This document shows, in pieces, positions 1 to 12,377 of a DNA stretch of 64,000 bases. The stretch covers positions 4,278,001 to 4,342,000 of the forward strand of contig NC_089429.1 of assembly GCF_026210795.1 (NCBI RefSeq). The letters run 5' to 3'. Origin of the DNA: Rhizophagus irregularis (taxonomy: Eukaryota). The first letter of the stretch is position 1, and every line of letters starts with the position of its first letter. Position numbers and translations under genes: made by a program. The notes under the pieces are model-generated. The model was not told where the DNA came from. It saw nothing but the letters and a program-made list of their open reading frames with translations, and searched no databases.

Positions 1-792
1 TCTTCAACCAATCCTTGGTTATTTTCGCGGTATGTATGGGTGCATTATCCTGTTGAAAAATTGCAGCCCTTCCTGTTAACTCATGAACTGTATGCTGAAA
101 TGGATACAGATATGAATTTAGGATTCTAATGTAAGTATTTGAATTGATTTTTTCATTTCCTTCTTTATTTTCATCACAAAAAATTAATGGCCCTTTTATC
201 CCTCCTGCAAAACATCCCCAAACCATGACTGATTTTCGACCACTTTTAAAGATAGATGTCAAGCATTCAGGTGTTAAACCTTTTCCCCTGTGTGTCTCCA
301 AACTCTTATTTGTCGTGACTGCTTACCAATCTCAACACTTGATTCATCTGAGAAAATAACTTGTGCCCAATCATAAGCTGTTTTTTCTTTATATTTCTCA
401 CACCAACTAATACGAGCTAATGCATGCTTTTCTGAGATAAAGGGTTTTTTTGCAGCAACATGGGAATAAATTCCAACACTATGTAATGCTCTTTTAGCAG
501 TTGTAAGGCTGCAATTTAAATCTAATGTATTAATGACTTCATGTAAAGGTTCGCGTCGATCTTGTGTAACTTTGTTTATGAGTGCATTTTTCTCATTATT
601 ATTGAGAGCAGGTGGACGCCCCGATCTAGGTAAATTTTCAGTTTTTCCTGTCTTCTTGTATCTGTCAATAATTCTTCTTATTGTGGTGGGGTCACGACCC
701 ATTTTTCTTGCTATTTGTGCAGGGTTAAAATTCTCCATATATGCTAGTATTTTTCCTTTATCTTGAGAAGTTAACTCAGTTCTATGTGACAT
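1..792 (-). pseudogene. Tc1-family DDE transposase, frameshifted near 280
   Basis: HTH region with RSGRP, then KKPFIS and WAQVIFSDES. A second frame continues with SVMVWGCF and FQQDNAPIHT. Confidence 0.9.
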
Positions 793-935
793 TATTTTTT
801 TAACTTTGCAACGCGTTTATTAGGTTATGAAATTGTGAGAAAAACATTTAAAAATAAAAAAAGGGGGTATAAATAATGTAAATTTTGTGTATCGTAACAC
901 TGTACAAAATCGGGCGTCACTTTCGGACCCGACTG
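1..935 (-). mobile_element. Tc1/mariner DNA transposon, 5' part (runs off the window start)
   Basis: Minus strand begins TA|CAGTCGGGTCCGAAAGTG (element end 935, TA at 936-937), a typical Tc1 terminus, followed by the transposase. Confidence 0.85.
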
Positions 936-1858
936 TACATACGAGATACTATTGATTGATTAAAACTAATATCATCAAGTGAAATATCCCTTATTTCTTG
1001 AGCTATCCTATATTGACTTGGAACATCAAGGGTTTTCCTATAATCTAAAATTATTCTAAATTCTTTATCTTTGATTCTTTGCTTGTAAAAACTCGTGTTC
1101 TTTTAGGTTTCCATTGTTCATTTAATTTATTTAAGCTTTATTTGATTTATAAACAATGGATAAAATCGTTAAATTTGTTATTTTAACATGCTTCAAAATA
1201 TTAAAAAAGTTAATTTGTCATTTCATTTCGTCATACCTCCCTAAAATTCCCAAAATATCATTATCTTTTCTCACGATCTATCTTTTGAGCGATTAAATTA
1301 TCAAATTACTTGCATTAATAATAGTTTAACAAAAAAAATTCAATTGAAAAGAAAATTATTATTTTTTAATCGTTCTCTTATTACATATAATATCAGATTC
1401 TTATAAAATAACTGACAGTGATCTGCATCTTTCTCGTTATTATATAATATGCAGTATTTTTTATTGTCTAACACGTTATAGTTAAAAAGATAATTTTAGG
1501 GGTAAATTTTTTGAAGTGTAGAATTCTGAAGAATTCGGAATATTCTTTCGGAAAAACACATGATTATGGTTTAAGCACAAGCCACAGATCAGCCTAAAAG
1601 GGTAATTCTCGGTGGCGAATTTTTTTATCTTCGGAAGTGTAGAATTCCGAAAAATTCAGATTTTTTTTTCGGGAAAATACTTGATTATTTACATATTTCC
1701 GTAATTATTTACGCATTTCCGTAATTAATTACGTATTTCGTAAAATTGGACGAATATTCCGAAATATTTACAGCAATTAAGAAATACGTAATTCCTTATT
1801 ACGAAATTAATTTCGGCTACTATAATCGCCTATGCTAATTAAGTGATAATTTCAAATC

Positions 1859-2437
1859 TTATTCGTTACCATTGGTAACAGTTTTTTTGTCACGTGATAA
1901 TTTCGAATGGACTTGATTTTTAGCTGACTCACGTAGAAATTTCTTCTCCTTATTGTGTTGCTTTATTTCACTACTAACGATTTTCTTATGAGCCTCAAGT
2001 AAGAAACTATCCATGTCTTTCTCTTCCAACGATTTGCTATTAAGATGCTTCGCAGAGTTGGTAGGTACTGTTATCACCTCTGATACTGCAACTAAATTGA
2101 AGCTAGGTGAACTGTTGTTAGAAGAATTATCATTTGCCGTTAAGGTGCTTTGCAGAGTCTGCTTCTATTCCACTTTCATAATTCTATCTCCAAACTCAGA
2201 TTCCATCTCCTTGATTCTAGCCCTGAGTTTGGCATTTTCAGCATCACGCCTCTTGTTATATTCCTTATTCGCTCTTAGAAATTCAGCATTCCTGCGCTTA
2301 AGTTCAGCTATTTCAGCATCAGATACTGAGAGCTTGATTCTAAGACCGGAGATCTCAGTATTCTCCTTCCTAAGCTCTGCATTCTCAGCCTCAAGTTCAG
2401 TGATACGCTGTCTCAATAATCCAAGCTCAGATGACAT
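1859..2437 (-). pseudogene. Truncated coiled-coil protein of a multicopy family (N-terminal part)
   Basis: MSSELGLLRQRITELEAENAELRKEN heptads; a stop at 2165 splits it into two ORFs. Family assignment is from recall of Glomeromycota repeat proteins. Confidence 0.6.
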
Positions 2438-2639
2438 GATCTATAATATATAAAACTAATACACTGTATATAAGCATTCAAAATAAAAAAATATGTGTTT
2501 TTGGCTGGGGCCCTGGCTGAAATTTTTTATTAATACATGCAAAATTAAATACAAAGTTCGGGACATAGCCCGTGATATATGACGTCTATCTAATATACAT
2601 GATTATTTGCACGATAACCAATTTTCTATCTATACTTAA

Positions 2640-3551
2640 TTATCTACCTGATCGTTTCTTATATTTTTTTCTCCAGTCCTTCTCAAATTTCTTAAAAGCT
2701 TTAGTAAAACCTTTTTCCTTTTGAAACCCCTTCCGTATACCAAATATTTCTTGAACAAGAGGTGCTAAATCGTGAGATGAACATAAATCTGTCTTTTGAT
2801 ATAATGATAATTCAAAAAGTTTAGAAATGGAAAGACCAGACGCAGTGGGAAAATTAAGGATATTTTTGATTTCTTTTTCATCAAAATATACTTTTGAAAA
2901 GTAAAAAATCGCTGTTTGGTCCATATGAAGACGCATTTCAGCATCTTTATTATCACCCATAATTAGCAGATCATTAAGAAAAATCTTGATCTTGAGAAAT
3001 AAAGCATTAGAATGTAACTTCTTTAACTCATTTTCATAACACATAGAATTTTCACATATTGAAGAAAAGAATTCAAGCATTTCGTCCACACCTTTGTTAA
3101 TTAGCATGAATCAATTTTTAAAATCTAATTCAAATCAAATACTAGTTAAAGCACAGAGAAACACACCTTTATGGCCACGTAATATATATCAAGTCCAAGT
3201 CGGTCGAGTGAGTTGGATAGATAATAACTTCCCATCCTTTGTTTCCACCTTTAATGGGATGCTAAATAAATTTACTCCATCATGTAATTTTGATGAGACA
3301 TAGGTAGGGAACAATGTCCAGTTGACAGCTATATTTTCGATTATCATAATTTCTGACGGATCTGATTCTTTAATCGGAATTTGTGTAAATGGTTCTTTAA
3401 CATTTTCTAACGAAGTTGTTATCAAGTTATTGTAACTCACTCTATAAACAGGGGGGTTTCGAAAATATGTGTATTTTCCGTTTCTTTCAAGTATGGCAAT
3501 ATGTCCGTTTTATTTTGGAACATCTATAGAGGCGGGAAAATTGATTAACAT
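2640..3551 (-). pseudogene. Unknown protein interrupted by stops
   Basis: ORFs 3189-3440 and 2640-3107 lie in the same frame with in-frame stops between them; coding-like sequence extends upstream to an ATG near 3551. Confidence 0.5.
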
Positions 3552-4875
3552 CGTGATGACATGTTTCAAGAAGCTAGCCGAGCAATAAACTAACTTACTT
3601 TATTATTTACTTTGCGGAATATACGGGTTCGTTTAATTGTAAATATTGATGATGTTAATAATGGTAAGTTTGAATGATTTGAATTTTTTTGCTTGATTTT
3701 ATTTTACTTGCATGAGACAGATAAAAGGATTCACTAGCCGGGACATCGCCTTTTTATACAATTTGCAGGATCGATCTTAGAATACGCTTTTGGTTAATAC
3801 GAACACATCATGAAAATCTGATCAACGGCTTCTCCTTAATTTAACAATAAAAAACTTTGATGCTACCCATATGTAAAGATCATCAAGGCTCTTTTTTCAA
3901 TAATAATATATGTAAAATTTTTGAGAATATGCGAGAAAGTTTTGAGAATAAATTATTTTTGCGCAATTACTTATTCCCGTGATGTGTTATATCTATATTT
4001 AATGTTACTGCGTGTTTATCGAGTTCTGGATTAATGATTTCGTTGCAAAAAGAATACACGCTCACTTCACTTCCCACAATCCCATGGCCCATCCATTATA
4101 TATCTGAATTTGGTAAATTAATTACGTCTTGTTTTATTGGTCGTACGAAAAAAAATACATAATACAGGTCGAAGACTGATGACATTAGATGAAAGTAGAC
4201 AGAGTCAAAAACTTATACATTTGCTTTTGACGATTAAAAAAGCACCACATTAGAAATATGGTTCAGATACAAATGATGAAATAATTTTAGTGTTGAATAC
4301 GGTCTTAAATTACTTATTTTTTGCGACCTTTTTTTTACCTCCCTCTTTTGATCCCAGAATCCTACGTATATCCTGATAAGATCTATTGCCGATGGCAAAA
4401 AGGTCACGTTGTTCAGGCACCGGAGGGTATGTTATCTACAATTGCGAGATAATATGAGATTATGAATTGTTGACAATACATTACTAGCGACAACTCACAT
4501 TCTCTTTTTCCTTGATAAACTTCGTTATACTTGTAAAATACTCATTTTCATACTCAATATATGCCCATTCTTCTGCCACTTTCAAAGTGGTAATCTTAAT
4601 ATTATTATATAAAATGTCATCGCCTTTACTAACGATTTTTTCACTATATGCGAGTTGTAATATGGAGTTCTCTGTTAAGGACGAATTAAGAAGTTAAGAA
4701 AAAAAAGGTGTAGTCTTTATTGTAATTAGATAGAGGTCTTACCGGCACGACTTTTGTTTTTTTTTAATGTGGTTAGCATTTCGGAGAGTCGACCAAAATT
4801 ATCCATTCCCTCTAAAAAATAAAGCTTTGTGTTAACATGTCTTGGTCAAAAACGTAACGATGATAAAACTACTCA

Positions 4876-5294
4876 CCTTCGAAACTGAAATGAATATTCT
4901 CAAGGTTTTCAGTTAATTCTTTAATTTTTTCTTTCAAATTTTGATTAATTAAATAATTTGAGGTAAAAATAACATGAGTAAATCCTTCTTCTAAATTACC
5001 CCAATATTTACTAATAAGGTTTGTTCCTCTATACCCTTACTTTCATCGTTTTGTAGACGAAGGCTCGAAAACTTGTCTACATCGCTATTAGAGATATTAA
5101 CCTTCCAGAACTGTAAATCTAGATCACCGTCATCAATATCGTAACAGATGTCGTTTTTTAACTCTCTAACTTTTTCTTTGATTTTCTTTCCCAAGTTCCG
5201 AGACAGACTCTGATTCGTCAATATCAATGGGAAATGCTTCAGAATTTTCTTCTACTTCGTGAAAGAAGCGCCAGGTTAAATTTCTTTTTGTCAT
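4876..5294 (-). pseudogene. Crinkler (CRN) N-terminal domain remnant
   Basis: MTKRNLTW..EAFPIDIDESESVSEL, frameshift, then KIKEK..DLDLQFWKVNIS (LWKV-type motif); GTGAG donor near 4876. Confidence 0.65.
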
Positions 5295-5919
5295 ATTTCT
5301 GTAAGGATTACCCATTATTTCAAGTACCGTATTTATAATTCAATTTCAATTACTAACCTCTTCACACTTACCCACGCACATTCTACATTCGGGGAAAGAT
5401 TTCCCCATCCACACTTGTTTCCTTTGTAATCACTAAAACACTAACTAATAATATGCTTAATTCCTGCGGACAATAGGAAATAGGGGATTATCCATTTTGG
5501 TATGATAAGCACTTTGCAAAGATATATAGTAAACTAACTCATGTAGATCTCGGAGAGTGTAAAGTTTTCAACTCTTCACAACATATGATTTTTATTGTTA
5601 ACACCACTAAGAATCGGCAGACCCTAGTTATGTTACCTTCGTTATGTAGATTTATATAGCCCAATTTATGAATTTAATGCGCTAATCCCAATAAGCTAAA
5701 TAAAAATCTTCCGATCTAGATTCTATTTCGATTAGTGAAAAACTGCTTCGTATGACGAAATTCTCCCATTTTTTACCTCTTTCGGATTTGTATAAGCCAC
5801 ACATTACCCCTGCAAGAATATCTTCTGCGCATTTCAGGTGATCGATTCCACATGACGAAGTTTCTAGGCCACCCACGTGATTCAAAAAAAGAAACCGCTA
5901 TAGTGATCCACCTTAAAAT

Positions 5920-6300
5920 TCACCTAGGCGAGATAATAGGACTCATCATTGGTGAAACCTTCCTTTCATATCTTCCATCACGATAGTAATAACCTCAATC
6001 ACATTCACCCTATTCATTATATCCACCATATCCATCATATCCATCATCACCCGAATCATCTGGCATCTCTTCTTCAGAATCATCGGAATCTGAGTCATCA
6101 TTGATTGAATTGGGGTTGCCATCATCCGCCCTTCTTGATCATCAGGTAATTCAGTGTTGGGATTCTTGGAGAAATAATCAACAATAGTTTGAATTTGACT
6201 ATCAGATAATTCCGATATAGAATTCGCACAATACGTTTTGATATACTTGATTTTATCAATTCCTATTTTTTATTTCTTACCGAACAGCATTAGCAAGTTT
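5920..6300 (-). pseudogene. C-terminal fragment of a multicopy unknown protein with an acidic tail
   Basis: Manual translation gives KIGIDKIKYIKTYCANSISELSDSQIQTIVDYFSKNPNTELPDDQE followed by a D/E-rich tail; broken by stops. Confidence 0.5.
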
Positions 6301-7205
6301 TTTTCTTGACTCCATGTGAATTAACGCAAGTTGGAAAGAGAATAATAAAAAAAAATACGAAGACAAAAATCAAAGCTTGGGTATTTATAATTCTATATGA
6401 ATTTTTTTATGCATAACGACAATCTATATAGTATATAACTAGTATATACCATTTAAATTACTAACAACGAGAGCGTGACCCAGGGGTCACAGTTTCCTTA
6501 TTTCATGTGTTTCACAAATATTTGTATCATAATTATAACATGTAGATTCCGATCAAAAAATAGTCTGTATAGGAATACCACTGAGTAGTTGATAACGATT
6601 ACTACGAGTTATATATATCAAGCAATACAGCTTTTATGAATAGTATAATAAAGATGTACCAATCTCCACCAATGAACAGTACTACCTATAATTGTTATTT
6701 AACTAAAGATCAATAGTTCCGGAATGAAATATTGTAGAGTTTTTAATGTAAACATTTCTCTTGAAATGGTGATCAACGAGGAAGAAGGGCAAATATATTC
6801 AGAGCGGTAATTACAAAGTAGTATCAGTATAGCCTTTTTTTATTCCTTTATAATTTTCTTCATTTCATTCAGAAAATCATAAAGATTTCTTTGTATACGC
6901 TTTGTTTTTTGTTCATCTACGTAATGGAGAGTTAAAAAAATGTATAAAAAGCGGCAAGACGCTCATAGAACAGATCCATGATGAAGAAAATGGAAATCGA
7001 ACAATTAATGTATATATCCTGATCTTAGCAATTAGTATGAAGTTAGGAACATGTTTTGTGAGACAGATTATTGAGTATCTATATTTTTGACTCCGAAAAT
7101 GTATTTATATTTTTGTTACACTAATGTATAATATAAATAAATGCAATAGACTTTTTTATTAATGCTGCTTCTTCAGCCAATCAAGTACACCCCTACAATA
7201 TAAAA

Positions 7206-8486
7206 TTACATGCAAAGATTACGTCGTATTGTTCTTTGAACTTCCCAGAGATCCAGATTAAATCCAGCAGCAAACCCTGCAGGAGGTGTGTTTGGTGCAA
7301 TAGGAAACCCTGCGGGAAGTAAGTGTGCTGGAACTCCGTTAAATAATTCTGGTCCAGGAATATTCATTTGATAAACGGGAAGATTGGCTGCATTGCAAGG
7401 AGGAAAGTTATTATTATTGTTATTAGGATCAGGACGCCCAACACCAATAAAGCTACCAGGAGGAACACCCATTTGATTAATAATATAGTTTACAGTATTT
7501 GTGTCAGGGTTTGCTGTCCCAAAAGAAATGACACTAGTTGGAATCAGCGGAGTTGCGCTTGTACGAAGGTACAATGCAGCAATTAGTGCAACAGTACTAG
7601 TATTCGTATTAGGGTCTACACGTTCTCCAAATATCTTGATGGCTAATACAATCTGGATTGTGGTTCGTGGGTTAAAGTAGAGAGCGGCTGTTCGATGAAG
7701 GTCAGGAAGACTCTGAGAAAAACCAACCTCAATCATCATTGTTGGATATGCTATATCCTTGTCATTTGCACCCTGACCCGATCCAGCTGGTGGGTCGGGA
7801 CGATGTGCTGGTCGGACCCAACTATCAGGTTCCTTTGCAGCGTTTTGACCCAGAATCATGGTTGCGTCAGTACCATACTCCAAATCCTGGTCATTCCATC
7901 TATTCATCAATCCTGTAATACGTCCTATTGCTGCTGAATGAGCAAAGGAAGGTACTTCATATATTTTGATATACCCGTTATATAGATACATGCGAACTGA
8001 AGAAATCGCATTATTTTCACGATATTGGAGATATTTTTCAAGAGACACATTTTCTTTTATAACTATTTCCCTCGATCCTGTATATCCTTCTTCTTCCTCT
8101 TCCTCCACTTCTTCCCCTTCTTCTCGGGCTTTTTGGAATGTGAGCAATTTTTCTCTTGCTGAATTAATAGCCGCGGATGATAAGTGAAGCCTTTTCTCTC
8201 GTGTAGGCTGGAGAGTAAGTTGACTAGACAGGGAAGAAAGTTGACTAGAGTCACTAGGCTGAGAGATAAGTTGACTAGACTGTCGACTAGACTGTTGACT
8301 AGATTGTCGACTAGACTGTTGACTAGATTGTCGAGACTGGGAACGCGTGACGCGATAAGGAAAATAACGAACTCCTGAGTCTGAAATTACAGCACTAATT
8401 AATAGCTTTGTTAGATGAGAAAACTGTTAAATTCCTATAATCTTACCATCTGTATTATCTGTATTGCTGTGAGAACCCGAGGCCAT
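7206..8486 (-). CDS. Uma2/DUF820-like PD-(D/E)XK restriction-endonuclease-fold protein, 2 exons (~404 aa)
   Basis: Exon 1 8486-8447 (MASGSHSNTDNTD); intron 8446-8381 (GTAAG..CTAAC..CAG); exon 2 open in frame to 7206. Motifs EVPSFAH, KEPDSW, PTMMIEVGFSQS; SQQSSRQ repeats near the N-terminus. Confidence 0.8.
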
Positions 8487-10664
8487 AATTTATATATTTT
8501 AAGAGGATTGTTAAGAGATTTCTTCGAAACAGAGATATTTAAAGAACGATTGTCTCACGGATTTGGTAATGATCACATGATACCAAACATAATAAGTTGT
8601 ATTGTTTTATTCATCTGATTATTATTATTACTGATCAATTAATTGTCTGCATGTCCGAATAGCTTCATTTACTATTCCGACTTTAAATATATAACATAAG
8701 TATTAATTGTCTGTTTATTATATAGTAATTACAGTAAATACGCTAATTAGAAACGCGTAACGCGTCCTAATATTATTATTTGATATTTATTGTTAGGAGA
8801 ACGAGAAAGTTGTAAAGTACGAAATTTCTTTTGATATTTATTACTAGAAAGTTATAAGGTATTTGATTAGGAAGGATTACTAAGAAATCAATCTCTCTCC
8901 GAAATTTTCTTTTGTTTCCGTGTTTGAATTTAAGATTTTTTGAACACATGATTCTTATATTCTTAGTATGACAGATGAGAATCGTTACTAAAAAAAAAAC
9001 TAATGTCATTTGTTAATTCAGACTGCCATATTTCATTTTACGTAGGACAAAAATTTATTATTGATAATTCTCTGTGATCTCAATGTTGTCAACGTAAACG
9101 AGAAGCTTTCTCTGGAATTTTGTAATACGCAGAAATAACTTTAAAATAAGTACATTGTAAGACAGCTGAGTCAGAGATTATGGACCATACATAGCAATTT
9201 TTGGTTAACTTTGACTACGAGTTATGCAATTAAAAAAATATGTATAGATGTATTAGTTATAATATCTGTCTTGCTTACACTTATGAAATAATACCCTTCA
9301 TGCATTCCTGTTATTTATCTGGTTACTCAAAGATGGACACTAATATTATTACTTGTGTACAACGGACTTTTCGAAGAAAAGGCAGTGTCAATGGGGGGAC
9401 GCTGTAAGGACCGGTTAGTTTCGGGACATGTCATAGCAAGAAAGTTATTGTAACTCACTCTATAAACGGGGGGTTCGAAAATATGTGTATTTCCGTTTCT
9501 ATTAAGTGTGGCAATAGGACTTACAGTACAATAAAAGGGGGGAGATTTAATGATTGATAATTACTGGGGAAATTGGTCATTAAAACATTTGGGAGAGCAA
9601 AGAGGTCATTCTATTTTTTTACCCGAAGCCTTAGACTTATAGAAAAAAAAAGCGAGACCGAAACTACTACCCTCAATCAGACCTACAATAGTTACATGCT
9701 CTAGTATACTAGTAGAGTTAGGATTGGATGCATCAATTACTGATGCTGTTATCAACTTCGGTAGAAACGATCAAATAATAAAGTGTACTGTATTATCTTG
9801 GATTTATTATTTGTTGTCTTATAATTTTCAAAAACTTTGATTAATACCATTGTTAGAATTCTTGTCATTGATGCGTATAATCTTTTCTGGGACCTAACAT
9901 AACGCTAGTTGTGATACAACATGTGCGTTAACACAGCAGAACATGAAGAAGACTTGTACCATAGAATGTTTTGAGTTACGAAGTAAATCCCTTCTTCGAA
10001 ATAGGTAAATCCGTTAATCCGCATTAGAATAACAAAATTGCTAGCTACACCTGGATATTGTCTTATAACTAAGTGTAGCTCTCGTGTATCATCATTACTC
10101 TGCAATCACAAAAAATGACATATTTAGGGATCTTGTAGAGTAATAGAATAGAATTAGAGATTGTTTCGTCCGGCTAGGAGGGATATACTGTATAAGCGAA
10201 TTATTCATGTACTGTTCTATTATGATCATGATATAGTCAAAAAATAGATTGCCTATGGACAACAGGAGAGAGCGATTTTTCTTGTGTGTTGTTCCCTATT
10301 ATAGTAAAAAATAGATTGACAATGGTCAACGATATAACTCTATGCCGTGTGATATCTACTTCGTACCCGTAGGGTAGGTGTATGGGAATTTTTCACTATA
10401 CAAAGGATAAGGTCCCAAATATGCAATCGGCATTTGTACTTTGATCCGCTATTTGATGCGGGCAATGATTTATATTTATTTTGTTAGAATAATTTTATAA
10501 GTGGTCGATTATAGTTTATTTATACCAGAATACTGATGAACGAAATTAGTGTTGGCATATATAGCATTCAAAAACTTGGAATACTTGACGCAAGCAACCA
10601 AGGTTAATGCATTATATACAACTTTGTTGACAGATGGAATCTTCTCTCCGCTTGCGGAACAGTG

Positions 10665-10974
10665 CATCACGGCGGATTTATGAAATACCCTAAATTTGTC
10701 CGTCATGTCAAATTAAATAAATATTTGACAGTCTTTTAGTCACCAAATTTCCCAAATTTATTAGTGAACAGTCAAAAATGAGCCCTAAAAAATTTTTTTG
10801 TACCCCAAATCTTGCGTCTAACCAATTTTTCCGTTACCTAACCAATTTTTCCAGTGTTAAAGGTGCGTCACATTTGACATTTTTTAGGAAAAAAGCTTAA
10901 TGTTTCTGTAAGTCAATTTTAATTCCCGAGGGCGCAGCAGGGTTTTTGCCAAATTTCATAAATCTGCCGCCATG
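10665..10974. mobile_element. Possible ~310 bp MITE
   Basis: CGGCGGATTTATGAAAT (10670) is inverted at ATTTCATAAATCTGCCG (10953-10969) with 1 mismatch; no clear TSD. Confidence 0.35.
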
Positions 10975-12377
10975 GTATGAGTAGAAAATACGATAAATTT
11001 ATTGCGCATGGCGTAGTGGATTGTCAACAGTGACATATGACTCGTATACCATTTCCCATCTTGTTTTAACGTGCTGCTTGCGATATTTAGATCAATTTTC
11101 TATATACCTTGTTGTACACAAATATCTATAATTGTTTCTTCGGACACAAAAAAATATTGTACCTGTTGTGTTAAATTGTTTTATTCGAATGGTATAGTAT
11201 TTCAGACATGAGATTAACTAATTTATCTGAAGGACGCTAAAACATAGTATTACAATATGTTTGGGTGTCATAGTTAGATGACAATATTCCGATTAAAAGT
11301 TGACAAGAGAAAAATCCTGTTCACAGATGGGAAAGAAATGAGAATAAAATTCTTACATGTAAATTCTTAGTCATGATGTATATTATATAGGCTTACTGTA
11401 ATATTTTTGTTTTTTATATTTTTACATATTCAGACAAGTTTGATCTAAATAAAATATTGTGTTCTTCGAGCTGATGAACTATATACTTTTTCTGTTTCAG
11501 AAACGAATTTGAACAAAAATTAAAAATATCATATAACTTTATTAAGTAATATAGAAACAAAAGACAAGCTGAGATACAACTAATCCTATGCTAATTAAAT
11601 ACACCAGTTATTTTTAACACGAAATTACTGAATACTATATTTAACAGTTCTTTGATGAATAAACTATCCATGGCTCTCTCATTTTCTTTTTCATCCACAT
11701 TGTCTACGGATTTTTCCTTTAGAGCCTTACTCAATTCAATAACATTTAAGACAGTTTGATTTATGTTGTCTAACCGAGAATAACAACCTTTGGTATCAAC
11801 TAGCCGCAATTTGTAATAAATATTAATATATACAATTTAAGCTGATATAACGTCTGAGATATATAATAAATCTCACTCTACCTTTAAACTGATCACTTTC
11901 CGCAAATAATTTTTTTTCCTACCGCCTTTTATGATACTGATTGTTAAACGAAACCTCGTTCAGTCTTTTGGTGAAAAATCGACTTATACCGATTGTTATA
12001 CGAAAAATGGTTACTTGAGATCGTTCAGTAAAATTTTGCTGATTGGTCATATAAATCGACACATTTTTGCCAAATGGAAAAAATCAAAAAAATATGTTCT
12101 TTTTTAATTCGAATTTATACTTGTTTACATTGTTTATATTCAGTGCATAATCATTAACGAAAAATTTTAATTGTAAAAATGAATTTCAACTCGTCTTTCG
12201 TCAAGAAATTATAATAAAAATACTACAAAAGAATCTTTATTTGAAAATTTCGTAAAAATTTCGTAAAAATGAAATTTCGTCTAATAAACGTGTCTCTCGA
12301 CAAGTAATTATGAAATTTTTTTTTTTTTAAAAAAAATAATAATAATTCGGCCGATTTTTACTAAAAACACTTAATTA

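Noticed and set aside
9905..11809. Short ORFs 9905-10105, 10509-10706 and 11591-11809
   Set aside because: No recognisable domains; may be decayed exons but cannot be supported.
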